This document shows positions 9,911 to 19,420 of a stretch of DNA of 64,000 bases, piece after piece (position 1 is the first letter of the stretch; the number at the start of each line of letters is the position of its first letter). Made by a program: the position numbers and the translations under genes. Source of the DNA: a virus (taxonomy: Duplodnaviria; Caudoviricetes). The DNA lies in IMG/VR virus record IMGVR_UViG_3300014205_000014, positions 16,168 to 80,167 of that record; one strand, written 5' to 3'. Under the pieces are notes generated by a model. The model had not been told where the DNA came from and ran no database searches. It saw only the letters and a list, made by a program, of their open reading frames with translations.

Positions 9911-10135
9911 TTGTCACAAAGGAGACTTAAAACGAGTAGAACAACAACAGTCACCATAGACATCGAATGCAAACTAGGTGATGAATACTTTACAGAGTGG
10001 GATGAATTATCGCCTGATATACAAGCGTTTTGGGAGGATAAAGGGTGTAATTGTGAAGGGTCAGGTGTAATCAGTTCACTTTGCAAAGGATGTCCTTTTT
10101 GCTCCGTATTTGAAGAGGACAACCCCCAACCATGA
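9911..10135 (+). CDS. Small Cys-containing hypothetical protein
   Basis: TTG start after AGAAGG; CNC..CKGCPFC. Confidence 0.5.
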   Translation: MSQRRLKTSRTTTVTIDIECKLGDEYFTEWDELSPDIQAFWEDKGCNCEGSGVISSLCKGCPFCSVFEEDNPQP

Positions 10136-11259
10136 AGAAACAAATACGGATGCAGCAAGCCTACGACCTGCGGAAACAGGGGTTTGCACCGAAACAAGCT
10201 GCTGAAATCATGGGCATCACCCCTGCGGGGGTGACGAGCCTCGCGAGTAAGTGGGAGAAGAAACTGAGGAAGAAACCCGTTATTATCGTTATTTCAGACT
10301 CCCTCGCAGAAGAAAACCGCCAACTAAAAGCCAGAGTCGCGCAATTGGAATCTGAAAAGAAGGGTATGTACGAACCCTCTGCGCGGGACGATACCAATTG
10401 GGATATTTGGGACAAAGAGTACAATCGCCTACAGCAATTGGATCGTATGATCGTCGTTCACAGCATTAATGATATGCATATTCCTGACGAAGATGAACAA
10501 TGTATCAATATGGATTTAGAGATCAACGCCGCTGTGCAACCGGACATCACTATTTTCGGTGGTGATATGTACGACTTCGATGTGCTGAGTTTGAAGTACA
10601 AACGCATGTACAACCGCCGCCGCAAAGACCCCTTCCTAGAAGTTGAACCCCGATGGAATGACATTGTAACCACCATTAAAGATAACAACCCGAATGGTAT
10701 TATTCTTGCTACAGGAGACAATCACGGGCAACAGCGTATGGAAAAGTTCATTAATGAGTGGATACCTGTTTTCGGAGATCGTCTGACTGCTGATTACAAC
10801 GCCTTGGTACGCTGCAACAACCTCGTACTGTGGTTGGGATGGACCCAAGAAGTGTATATGCAGAATACTATTTTTGAACACGGCAAGAGGGCAGGGGCAA
10901 ATCCCGCAATGGCGAACTTTAAATTTCACGGTGAATCCTTTAACGATGTAGCAGGTCATGCCCACCGCTGGCAGCAGATTGTATCGGTAAAACAAATGTG
11001 GCTACCGGAAGAACATCGGATGCTGTACTACCCATTAACCTCTGTCGTCACCGGCTGCTCCCAACATGTGCCACCGCATTACATCACCGATACCAAATCC
11101 GCTAACTCGACACAGGGCAGCGCCATAACCCATGTCAACCTACATGGACTTGATAGCCATGTCCAAAACATTCTGTATCATCCGCGCGTTGATGGGTCAC
11201 TGGTTGCTGCGTTCGGAACCCAAGTGTTCAAACAAGAGGCAGTGAAGGCAACGGCTTAG
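10132..11259 (+). CDS. HTH + coiled coil + calcineurin-like metallophosphoesterase
   Basis: N-term HTH; DMH, GGDMYD, GDNH, EHG, GHAH metal motifs. Confidence 0.75.
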   Translation: MKKQIRMQQAYDLRKQGFAPKQAAEIMGITPAGVTSLASKWEKKLRKKPVIIVISDSLAEENRQLKARVAQLESEKKGMYEPSARDDTNWDIWDKEYNRLQQLDRMIVVHSINDMHIPDEDEQCINMDLEINAAVQPDITIFGGDMYDFDVLSLKYKRMYNRRRKDPFLEVEPRWNDIVTTIKDNNPNGIILATGDNHGQQRMEKFINEWIPVFGDRLTADYNALVRCNNLVLWLGWTQEVYMQNTIFEHGKRAGANPAMANFKFHGESFNDVAGHAHRWQQIVSVKQMWLPEEHRMLYYPLTSVVTGCSQHVPPHYITDTKSANSTQGSAITHVNLHGLDSHVQNILYHPRVDGSLVAAFGTQVFKQEAVKATA

Positions 11260-11288
11260 TTGACAGAAAAAGTAGACAGTGGTATCCT
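11260..11288 (+). promoter_or_regulatory. Sigma70-type promoter of parM operon
   Basis: TTGACA-N17-TATCCT with TGn extended -10. Confidence 0.75.
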
Positions 11289-11315
11289 GTTACATAAATG
11301 TAACAACTACGTAAC
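11288..11315. promoter_or_regulatory. Inverted-repeat operator, candidate parC/ParR site
   Basis: TGTTACA-TAAA-TGTAACA plus third GTAAC at 11311, over the transcription start. Confidence 0.55.
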
Positions 11316-11327
11316 GGGAGAAATAGG

Positions 11328-12380
11328 ATGGCAAAAAGTAAATACAATTTAATGGCGTTGGACAGCGGGAATGCTCAGGTTAAAGGATTGACTGATGAAG
11401 GCGAATGTGTGTTCCCCCATTCGTTACGCCCATTAACCAGTAAAGAAATAACCAACCTGCAAGAACGCGGGGATGAAATAGATACTTCGTCAAATGTATT
11501 TAGTGTTAATGGGGTTTATTATTCTGTTGGCAATAAAGCGCTTAAAAAGGGTTCAGGGGCAGCACTATATGGTGAAGCGCGGTATCGTCCCGACTACTAC
11601 GGTATTCTTGCCGCAATTGCCATGTTTAAAGCGTTCGATGACAGCAAGAAAAATGTTTATCTCTATGGATCACATACCCCCAAGGATTTGATCTATCGTC
11701 AAGACCTTGTGAACTCAGTTATGGGTAATTGGGTTGTCTCAGGGAGTGGCGTGACAAAATCTTTTGATGTTGTTGCCGGGGCAGGGTTTGATGAACCTGT
11801 TGGAGCTTTTCGCCATGCAACCTTGGGTAATGATGGAAAATCTACTCGCGGTGAAATCACTCTGCGGCGTGGTGAAACCTTAATTGTGGATGTTGGAGGC
11901 TTCACGCTAGGGTTCTCTATCGCAGAGGACGGTAAAATAGATTACGACTCTTCAAATACCGAAGTGGTTGGTATCTTAGATGTACTCGACAATCTTGAAA
12001 GCGCCATTCGCTCTAATTTCCGAAAAGAACTCAAGGGTGCAAATGAATTAAAGGCCATGCGGCTTCGCTCTGCGTTGTCCAGTGGCATTTATGATGCTGC
12101 GGGTGCAGGATACCTTGAAGTTCACGAAGAAGTAAAACAGGCTTGTGATTTACTGATGCGTGATATTTTGCAGTTTTTTGAGACTTACGGTGGCACAACC
12201 ACATTCCATTCCATATTGATTGCAGGCGGAGGTGGGGCATTGATGGAAAAATACATCCGCACCAATATTGACCATCCGCACATCTTCGTTGCTGAAAACA
12301 ATCGTGATAGAATGCATATGGCAACTGTTATGGGCGGCATGAAAATTCTCAAGATATTAGAAACAGCAGGGAAACTATGA
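11328..12380 (+). CDS. parM: ParM/StbA actin-like partition ATPase
   Basis: ALDSGNAQVK (phosphate 1), EPVGA, VDVGGFT (phosphate 2), IAGGGG (adenosine). Confidence 0.8.
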   Translation: MAKSKYNLMALDSGNAQVKGLTDEGECVFPHSLRPLTSKEITNLQERGDEIDTSSNVFSVNGVYYSVGNKALKKGSGAALYGEARYRPDYYGILAAIAMFKAFDDSKKNVYLYGSHTPKDLIYRQDLVNSVMGNWVVSGSGVTKSFDVVAGAGFDEPVGAFRHATLGNDGKSTRGEITLRRGETLIVDVGGFTLGFSIAEDGKIDYDSSNTEVVGILDVLDNLESAIRSNFRKELKGANELKAMRLRSALSSGIYDAAGAGYLEVHEEVKQACDLLMRDILQFFETYGGTTTFHSILIAGGGGALMEKYIRTNIDHPHIFVAENNRDRMHMATVMGGMKILKILETAGKL

Positions 12381-12775
12381 AACCTCGTGTCAGTGTTGGC
12401 TCAAAAGCCTACGCATTTCGGCTTTCAGGTCGTCCAGAGGAAAAAGTGTACGCCGATCAAATAGATCAGTGGGTAAAAGAGACAATAGAGAGGGATCACG
12501 AGTTGGGTATATCTCAAGCATTGGGGGTTGTTGTAAAGGGGTTGGTCGATCATTACATAGGCAAACCTCTTTCCAGCGAAGTGCAACCTACTCTAAGCGA
12601 AGCTCAAACACTGCGCGACTCTATTATGGGGGAGGTTCGCCAGATGGTTTACGATATGTTCGCAGACGGTGAACGTGTTGGCAAACTGGCTGAAATTAGT
12701 AAGTCGGCTGCGGATGGGGAGCGTATCGACCAAGATGTTATTGATAACATATTTGCTGACTTTGGGAGGAAGTGA
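12377..12775 (+). CDS. Putative ParR-like adaptor
   Basis: Small, coupled (ATGA overlap) directly after parM; strand-helix-helix N-term. Confidence 0.45.
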   Translation: MKPRVSVGSKAYAFRLSGRPEEKVYADQIDQWVKETIERDHELGISQALGVVVKGLVDHYIGKPLSSEVQPTLSEAQTLRDSIMGEVRQMVYDMFADGERVGKLAEISKSAADGERIDQDVIDNIFADFGRK

Positions 12776-13230
12776 TGCGCTATATACCGGATAATGAAGA
12801 TCGTGAAGATTCGTACAGTCATATCTACGATTCAATAGATGATGATGAACCTAAAAGAAAACCTAAGCTATCAACATTCACAATGAACTTTGCACGATCA
12901 TTGGGGTATGGTGGAAAAAGAAAACGATCTGAAAAGGTGGAACGAACTCCAAAAAATGGATTTGTGTATCTCCTTAAAACACCATTGGACGGTACTCTTT
13001 TTAAGATTGGAAAAGCGAGTAATCCGTATAATCGCTTAAAAACGTTCAATGTTAAACTTCCGTTCCCGATCCAGTATGAATGTCTTATTCAGACTACGGA
13101 TATGAGTTTATTGGAAAGGGAACTCCACACTAAGTTTGCATCTAAACGCCTTGATGGGGAGTGGTTTCGGTTAGATCAGGAAGATGTTGAATATATCCGC
13201 ACATTAGCAAACACAGAAACGGTTCTGTAA
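12772..13230 (+). CDS. T5orf172/MUG113 GIY-YIG domain protein
   Basis: GFVYLL, KIGKASNP.NRL, LERELH..F..KRLDGEWF. Confidence 0.8.
   Translation: MMRYIPDNEDREDSYSHIYDSIDDDEPKRKPKLSTFTMNFARSLGYGGKRKRSEKVERTPKNGFVYLLKTPLDGTLFKIGKASNPYNRLKTFNVKLPFPIQYECLIQTTDMSLLERELHTKFASKRLDGEWFRLDQEDVEYIRTLANTETVL
13213..13228. promoter_or_regulatory. 16-bp operator
   Basis: ACAGA AACGGT TCTGT. Confidence 0.65.
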
Positions 13231-13246
13231 ATAGAGGAGGGTAGAT

Positions 13247-13657
13247 ATGGCGATTGATAGTCAAATAAGTAAAGCAACAGATGCTCAATTAGCAGCCAAC
13301 ATTGCTAGCGCATACAAGGCAATTGAGAGTTTAGAGTTAGAACTAGATGGATACCGCGCTGTGATCGTAGACTGTCGGGCGGAATTGGATCGACGGGCTA
13401 TGAAAGCGCAGGGGTTTAGTTCTGGTGATAAAATCATCATTACTCAGGAGTTTATTGACCATAAAGAGAAGGTGGCTCATGAGGGTTGTCTTTATGATTT
13501 AGGGACTGTTTGGATCATTAACAACGTTAATAATGATTATGCTTATATCGATTGTCAAGAAAATGGACATGCGATTTACCAAACGATCTGTCCGTTGTCT
13601 ATCGCACAGGATATGCGCCGTGCATGGCTCGAACGAGAAGGGCAGGAGCAAAAATGA
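13247..13657 (+). CDS. Hypothetical protein
   Basis: GAGGAGG RBS. Confidence 0.6.
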   Translation: MAIDSQISKATDAQLAANIASAYKAIESLELELDGYRAVIVDCRAELDRRAMKAQGFSSGDKIIITQEFIDHKEKVAHEGCLYDLGTVWIINNVNNDYAYIDCQENGHAIYQTICPLSIAQDMRRAWLEREGQEQK

Positions 13658-14085
13658 GCGACACGATCAAGATCATCTATAAAGGGGAAAACGGCGAAGA
13701 AGTCAGTCAAGAAGTTCCCTATGTTGTAGATGGGGAAAGTATTCGGTTTGAGATGCCTGTTTCTGGAACGCTTTTGGGTGTGGAATTGGATGGTTACAGA
13801 GAACTTCGTTTCGGAAACGGCTACTCACGCGGTGGTGTTGATGCTGCGGATGTTGAGTGGCCCTCCATACAGTTTTTTGAACCAGAAGGAATCATTATCT
13901 TCAAGGAAAATGATTACGAAGATGAAGACGACGATGATATTACACAGTGGTCGGATGATTTATTGGATGAAAAGATTGCTGAGTGGCGAATGTTTGTCGA
14001 TGGGGATCGAGAAGAGCTAGAAACCAGTGAAAAGTATCTTGCCGAGTTTTTGGCGGAGAGAGAACGCCGTAATAAGGGGAAATAA
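13654..14085 (+). CDS. Acidic hypothetical protein
   Basis: ATGA overlap, CAGGAG RBS. Confidence 0.55.
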   Translation: MSDTIKIIYKGENGEEVSQEVPYVVDGESIRFEMPVSGTLLGVELDGYRELRFGNGYSRGGVDAADVEWPSIQFFEPEGIIIFKENDYEDEDDDDITQWSDDLLDEKIAEWRMFVDGDREELETSEKYLAEFLAERERRNKGK

Positions 14086-14095
14086 CCCCTCTAAC

Positions 14096-14125
14096 TTGAC
14101 AAAGCAGAATCGACTCTGCTATACT
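14096..14125 (+). promoter_or_regulatory. Sigma70-type promoter with 16-bp operator in spacer
   Basis: TTGACA-N18-TATACT, TGn; GCAGAATCGACTCTGC at 14104-14119. Confidence 0.75.
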
Positions 14126-14130
14126 CATAG

Positions 14131-14220
14131 ACAGTAAGCGCATTGCCCTCAAGCGCTTGCCTCCTCTAGCTACTGTCTCGAACGACGAAAGAACCTATCC
14201 CTCATAGGTTCTTTTGTTTT
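14131..14220 (+). ncRNA. Candidate ~90-nt small RNA
   Basis: Between strong promoter and intrinsic terminator, no ORF; nested stems with CCTCCTCTA bulge. Confidence 0.55.
14188..14220. terminator. Intrinsic terminator between convergent arms
   Basis: AAAGAACCTAT-CCCTC-ATAGGTTCTTT then T-rich. Confidence 0.8.
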
Positions 14221-14222
14221 AG

Positions 14223-14897
14223 TTATTCTGAGTGGTGAACTTTCAAAACGATAAGCCAACCATTCCCACACTTATCATCTGTTGGTCGCCATGTTATTGG
14301 TGACATCTCAGTGTGATAGGTTTCGTTCACATAAGCCACTAACTCCTGCATCAGTTCAAGGGTCCAAACGAACACATGTCCTCTCTTGCCCCCTGCCGCA
14401 GCAACAACCTCATCAGGAAGGGTGTCTGGTGTCCATAATTCACTGTGGGCGCGAATGATTTCATCCAAGGTGCTGATAGGACGTGCCTTATCTGGCTCAT
14501 GAGCATCTCGCTTTGGAGCAATGATAAAGATCGTCCCCTTATCCTTCACAACACGCCACCATTCCAGCAGCGCTTTAATTGGATCAGAGAAATGTTCCCA
14601 TGCGTGAGAATTGATGATGTAATCCCATATTTGATCTTCAACAGGGATATTGTCACCTTCTGCCTTGATGTCGATTTCATCATATTTGCCGCAAAATTCA
14701 ATTTCGGCTAGGCGAAACACTTCAGTATCGGCATCTCCCGGACTAACATTGATAGAACCCTCTAACCCAAAACTGTTATGTGCGCCAGAACCGATTTCAG
14801 CGCCCGTACCTTGGCAGTATTTCAGTGCCAACGCGGACTTCGGGAAGTTGATATTGCGACCACCATCTACATCGACTACGGTTTGACGTATTGCCAT
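14223..14897 (-). CDS. Class I SAM-dependent methyltransferase
   Basis: AEIGSG, DYIINSHAWEH, EWWRVVK..G. Confidence 0.8.
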   Translation of the reverse strand: MAIRQTVVDVDGGRNINFPKSALALKYCQGTGAEIGSGAHNSFGLEGSINVSPGDADTEVFRLAEIEFCGKYDEIDIKAEGDNIPVEDQIWDYIINSHAWEHFSDPIKALLEWWRVVKDKGTIFIIAPKRDAHEPDKARPISTLDEIIRAHSELWTPDTLPDEVVAAAGGKRGHVFVWTLELMQELVAYVNETYHTEMSPITWRPTDDKCGNGWLIVLKVHHSE

Positions 14898-15584
14898 CTA
14901 TTTTGCTCCCAAGAACTTACACACACACATACTGTCTGCCTGTTCAATGATTTGCAACTCACCCATTGCAACCGCTACATTGACAACCTGTGTCGGCCCT
15001 GTCCACGCCCCGACATCATGAAATATGACCGTTGCATCAGGAGTTAGAAACTGTCGAATGTGCTTGTAGTCGGCATACACACTGGCGAAGTCGTGGAGTC
15101 CATCGAGAAAAACCAAGTCTACAGGACTCGGCGGCACATGGTCAGTAAACCGCCGCTGCACCAAACTGACATAACTTTCCAGATGGGCGCGTTGGATGGT
15201 CTGCTGAAACCCCTCAAGTGATGAACCCTCATTGCGCGGTTCACCATCCATCAACCCATCTTTCACTTGAGAGGGGTAGGATAAATCACCCGAATGGGGA
15301 TCAACGGCTTGTAACCATCCACCCTGATGCAAGGCTAACACGCCGCCGAGTAGGACAGTGGACTTGCCCTTGTAACTACCATCTTCAACCCACTGTGCAT
15401 CTTTATGCCAATGTTGTTCAGCGGTGAGCCATAGCAAATCGCCTTCTGCGGGGGATAGCCAACCCTCTGTTTCGTTGCTAATTCGCTCATAATCCAATGG
15501 CGTAATCTCAGGCATTGGAACAAGCGCCTCTTTCTTTGCTTCCGCTGCGATCTTGCTGACACCCGTTTTCTTTGGTCTAGCCAT
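14898..15584 (-). CDS. Class I SAM-dependent methyltransferase (Methyltransf_24-like)
   Basis: VEDGSYKGKST, DLVFLDGLH...VYADY, VIFHD. Confidence 0.85.
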   Translation of the reverse strand: MARPKKTGVSKIAAEAKKEALVPMPEITPLDYERISNETEGWLSPAEGDLLWLTAEQHWHKDAQWVEDGSYKGKSTVLLGGVLALHQGGWLQAVDPHSGDLSYPSQVKDGLMDGEPRNEGSSLEGFQQTIQRAHLESYVSLVQRRFTDHVPPSPVDLVFLDGLHDFASVYADYKHIRQFLTPDATVIFHDVGAWTGPTQVVNVAVAMGELQIIEQADSMCVCKFLGAK

Positions 15585-15596
15585 TTTAGTTCTCCT

Positions 15597-15803
15597 TTAT
15601 TCTGACTTGGGAATGGTTACTGATCCGACACCTTCGTTAAATGCGAAACGTGCTGCCGCTTTCCAAGCCTCACGTATTTTGTCTGTTAAATTCTCCCACT
15701 CCGGCATAGGTAGCCCTTGGTAGTTCTTGAAATCAGTCACACTACCGTAAGCATAGTAAGCCTGTTTAGCCAATTTTTCCTGTTGCTCGTTATCCATTAT
15801 CAT
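15597..15803 (-). CDS. Small hypothetical protein
   Basis: AAAGGGAG RBS; operon context. Confidence 0.55.
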   Translation of the reverse strand: MIMDNEQQEKLAKQAYYAYGSVTDFKNYQGLPMPEWENLTDKIREAWKAAARFAFNEGVGSVTIPKSE

Positions 15804-15826
15804 TCTCCCTTTATATAGGCTAGGGT

Positions 15827-16795
15827 TTATCCCCAGCTTTCGCCTTGAATTACACGCTCATAAAGCGCCGCATACTGCCTAGTGATATTCTCCACGCTGA
15901 ACTGCTCCTGAAACGGAGCAAAGGTAGATGGATAAGGCGCATATTCGATGTTGGTTGCCATGTCATCTACAGTGTTGGCAACCCATCCGTTCTGCCCGTC
16001 GATCACGAGTTCGGGAAGTACGCCGTTGGGGAATATGGCAATAGGGGTGTTGAAGGCGAGGGCTTCACCAACCGTGCCGCAACCCGGTTCAGACCATCCA
16101 CCACTGCTGTTAAATAGGTTCATCATGCCATATGCCTGCTCAATAAGTTCCGAGCGCAGCGGGTCTTTAACCTCCCCCAACCATAGGACATCGGGATATT
16201 TCTCTTGAATTTCATCGGCATACGAACCTGCGGCGGGACCTGCAATCATCAGAGTGCGTTTGAGCAACTTAGCAACCGCAGCTGCCTCTAAAACGCCTTT
16301 GTAGGGGGCAACCCTACCCAGATACAACAGGTATTCAGCACGGGGTAAGCCAATCGGTTTCAGCAGTGGGTTTATTGGGACATAGACCACAGGGCTATTA
16401 CTCAAGTCACGCCCAAGTTGTCCCGCGTGTTTTGCCCGTTGGGATTTGCTGAGATAAACCACATTCTTGCTAAACCCAATAGCATCATTAACATGCGTTT
16501 CAGCGATAAACGGGGTGTCAAGATGCCTCCGCACAACTGATTCGAGCGCCCAACATTCATTGCTGTGGATTACATCTACTTGGAGGTCTTTTACCAACGT
16601 ATAGGCTTCATCGAAGTCATTAGTCCAGAAGTGCGTTGCCCCTTCCACATAACTCCCCTCCGGCGCGATGAAAGAAACCTCATGCCCTTGACGGATGAGT
16701 TCAGTAGCAAGAATAGCAGTAGTTTTCTCTATGCCACCTTGCCCATCGCATGGATGGGGTAAACCTTTTAGCCAACCAATCATTGCAATTCGCAT
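15827..16795 (-). CDS. Glycosyltransferase, GT-B/GT4-like
   Basis: GGIEK..L..GHEV, YLGRVAPYKG, EPGCGTVGEAL...P, PELVIDG.NG. Confidence 0.9.
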   Translation of the reverse strand: MRIAMIGWLKGLPHPCDGQGGIEKTTAILATELIRQGHEVSFIAPEGSYVEGATHFWTNDFDEAYTLVKDLQVDVIHSNECWALESVVRRHLDTPFIAETHVNDAIGFSKNVVYLSKSQRAKHAGQLGRDLSNSPVVYVPINPLLKPIGLPRAEYLLYLGRVAPYKGVLEAAAVAKLLKRTLMIAGPAAGSYADEIQEKYPDVLWLGEVKDPLRSELIEQAYGMMNLFNSSGGWSEPGCGTVGEALAFNTPIAIFPNGVLPELVIDGQNGWVANTVDDMATNIEYAPYPSTFAPFQEQFSVENITRQYAALYERVIQGESWG

Positions 16796-17043
16796 TTTTG
16801 CTCCAATATGGCTATGGCATCAGACAGCACAACAAGCGCTTCATAGATATGGTAGACCGCCATTGAACTACTGTCCTCACCGGACGCATTTTCAATGCCA
16901 TCTATTTCAATTTCAATCTTGCCATCATTCTTTACAGCAAGACGAATTTCAAACCCCTCCCAAGGAATAGGTTTCTCAACTTTAATCGGTATCCCATTCG
17001 ACCAATAAGAGTGAAGGCGGTCAAACCATTGTGGTTGTTTCAT
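16780..17043 (-). CDS. Hypothetical protein
   Basis: Overlap-coupled in operon. Confidence 0.5.
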   Translation of the reverse strand: MKQPQWFDRLHSYWSNGIPIKVEKPIPWEGFEIRLAVKNDGKIEIEIDGIENASGEDSSSMAVYHIYEALVVLSDAIAILEQKCELQ

Positions 17044-17801
17044 TACCCGAACCTTTTTTTAAGTTCTTCGGTTGCCTCTAGAACACCCTGTTCCCCGCTA
17101 ATCGTGCGCGAGTTCGGATGCCACTGGTGAACCAAAATGGGTTCCATCACCGTATGGTTTTTAATCCCTAACCGCTGCCGTGCGCCTGCTTGATAAGGAT
17201 CATCGCTGACCTGATGCCCAAAATCTGGCATTGGATACATCCGTTGCGCTGTCTGAGCATTAATGGCGTAAGTGGTTGAGGATTCCCAAAGAGTGATTTG
17301 TCGTACCCCCGCATTGGCATAGAAATTACCCTGCGGGAATGGGTCGAGTTCGTAGAGGAGGGGGTTTTTCTCAATGGTTTCGGGGTGCAACCAATCCAGT
17401 TTGTCAATATCGTTAGTCAGAATAGGTGATAGCCAAAAACACTTAAATGCAACATAGGTATCGTCAATGGCATTCTTAAACGCTGTGGAAACTGTATCCT
17501 TTGGGAACAAGAGATCAGGATGTGTAAAGATGTAAGTTTTCGCTTGCATCGTTTCAAACCAGTGGTTGTACCCCTTTATGTGACTCCCGCTGGGTTCTTC
17601 TTGCCCATCAAGTGCGACATTTATATCGGGCAGGCAGGGAGTTGTAGACACCAACTCGTAAAGAGGACATCCTTCCGACCAAACACAAATCACCGCATCC
17701 AAACCGCTATGTAAAATACTTTCACGCCACGTTTCAATACTACGTGCTAATAGATGGTGTCTCTGCGGGATTACTGAACAAATAATGGCTACATCAAGCA
17801 T
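17043..17801 (-). CDS. Glycosyltransferase, GT-A/GT2-like
   Basis: MLDVAIIC, IFTHPDLLF, DD...R, VHQWH. Confidence 0.7.
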   Translation of the reverse strand: MLDVAIICSVIPQRHHLLARSIETWRESILHSGLDAVICVWSEGCPLYELVSTTPCLPDINVALDGQEEPSGSHIKGYNHWFETMQAKTYIFTHPDLLFPKDTVSTAFKNAIDDTYVAFKCFWLSPILTNDIDKLDWLHPETIEKNPLLYELDPFPQGNFYANAGVRQITLWESSTTYAINAQTAQRMYPMPDFGHQVSDDPYQAGARQRLGIKNHTVMEPILVHQWHPNSRTISGEQGVLEATEELKKRFG

Positions 17802-18292
17802 TAGTTTTTCCTCCTCTTAAATTTACGGGTGAAAACAAGTACCGAATGAATACCCACCTGTTCAAAATGGTTGAGTTGGAAGGAACAGTCTCGTGCGAGA
17901 GTCAGCACAGCATCAATGCTGTACCCTTCGGAAGTGAGACTGTCGTGCAGTGGGGCAGTGGTAGCAAGTAGGAATACCCGCCGCGCTCGTAAGATAGCTT
18001 CGCTCATCAGAACAAAACTATCCATTTCTTCGAGGACATCTTTCATCACTACGGTATCCCAAAAGAACTTCATGCCATCGTACCACTTCAAATCACCCTC
18101 CTGTCCATCGAACCCGTTCTTACTCAGCACTTCAATGGCTTTTGGGTTGCGATCCAGTCCCTTATAGGTTACGCATAAACCGGATTGAGCGAGGCGTAAG
18201 GGCAAGATACCTGTGCCGCAGCCCACATCAAAAATACGGGTGCAGCGATTGACCCGTAGTTGTTGAACAATCACATCGTATATGTCGATCAT
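17801..18292 (-). CDS. Class I SAM-dependent methyltransferase
   Basis: FDVGCGTG, YKGLD, DTVVMKDVLE. Confidence 0.8.
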   Translation of the reverse strand: MIDIYDVIVQQLRVNRCTRIFDVGCGTGILPLRLAQSGLCVTYKGLDRNPKAIEVLSKNGFDGQEGDLKWYDGMKFFWDTVVMKDVLEEMDSFVLMSEAILRARRVFLLATTAPLHDSLTSEGYSIDAVLTLARDCSFQLNHFEQVGIHSVLVFTRKFKRRKN

Positions 18293-18295
18293 GAT

Positions 18296-18967
18296 TCATG
18301 GTGTCGTTGGGGTAATAACAAGGTTTACTTTGTTGTTTTCTTCAGTGGATTTACGGACATCATCTAACTTAGCTTCCGCAAGTTTTTGTAACACATCTAG
18401 AGTGCCGCGCATTGTGACGATCTCTAAAATCTTCTCATGAATGAAATTGATCTTTTCTGTGGTATCGCGCTGTGATGCTGTGACTGCTGAAAGCCCTTTT
18501 GCGAGTTCCTTCACGTCTATTTTAAGTTCTTGAAGCGGTTTACTCCCTGTGTCAAGTAGAACATCAAAACGCTCAGTCAAAGCACCGAGTTCTTTTGGGA
18601 TTTCCCCTGTAATTTGAGTGTTAGCCCTTAATTCTTTGCTCATACTGTCAAGCACAGAAACCGAACCTGTTAACGCTCTCACCATCACTTCTTGCTGCTT
18701 GGTTTGCGCCTCTCGCTCAGTAATCAACGAATCAACAAGTCGGCTAAACTGGTTACGCTGAACTTCAGCGGCAAGGCGTTCCTGATGGGCTTCCTCCAAT
18801 GCATCCTCGCTTTTCTTCTTTTCGATAGCGATACGATCCTCCTGAGATGTCTGGTGGATATTCATCTGTCGCTTGATAAAGGGGGGCAGCAAGGCCGCCG
18901 CCGCCCCCATTGCAACAACCGCAGCAATTACAGCCCCTACAATCGCGCTAGAAAGTTCAGGTGGCAT
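18296..18967 (-). CDS. Membrane-anchored coiled-coil protein (possible lysis accessory)
   Basis: Single N-term TM then coiled coil; follows holin-like gene. Confidence 0.55.
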   Translation of the reverse strand: MPPELSSAIVGAVIAAVVAMGAAAALLPPFIKRQMNIHQTSQEDRIAIEKKKSEDALEEAHQERLAAEVQRNQFSRLVDSLITEREAQTKQQEVMVRALTGSVSVLDSMSKELRANTQITGEIPKELGALTERFDVLLDTGSKPLQELKIDVKELAKGLSAVTASQRDTTEKINFIHEKILEIVTMRGTLDVLQKLAEAKLDDVRKSTEENNKVNLVITPTTP

Positions 18968-18970
18968 TTA

Positions 18971-19390
18971 CTACCCCTTTAATGCCTTTTGTGATGTCGG
19001 GGTCTGGAAACCCGGCACAGATTTATCGTTCAGATAATCATAGGTAGCAGAAGCCGCCAAGTTGGTGACAACAGCAACCGGAAGCAGGGGGGCAATACTA
19101 TTTAAAATCCCCTGAATAACGGTAGCAAGGTCGGTGAACTGCTGTTCCTGCCCACGCTGTTGTGCGAACACATATAACACCCAAACAACAACCTGTACGG
19201 CTAATGCCAAGTACCGCGCGGCATCACCCTCGATAACAAAGTCTTTATTGTCGGTGAATTGCCGAATAAGGGCAGTTGCAATGGGTTTGACAAACTGCAC
19301 CAAAACCAGCAGCAGGGCGGCGAACTTCACAAGAGTCGTTCCATCCGAAAGGGTGTTGAACAGTTGATTGAGTAGGTCTTGTGGAAGCAT
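18971..19390 (-). CDS. Holin-like membrane protein
   Basis: 2-3 hydrophobic helices, basic C-term, AAGGAG RBS. Confidence 0.55.
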   Translation of the reverse strand: MLPQDLLNQLFNTLSDGTTLVKFAALLLVLVQFVKPIATALIRQFTDNKDFVIEGDAARYLALAVQVVVWVLYVFAQQRGQEQQFTDLATVIQGILNSIAPLLPVAVVTNLAASATYDYLNDKSVPGFQTPTSQKALKG

Positions 19391-19420
19391 ATCTTTCTCC
19401 TTCACTAAGTTTACGGATTT

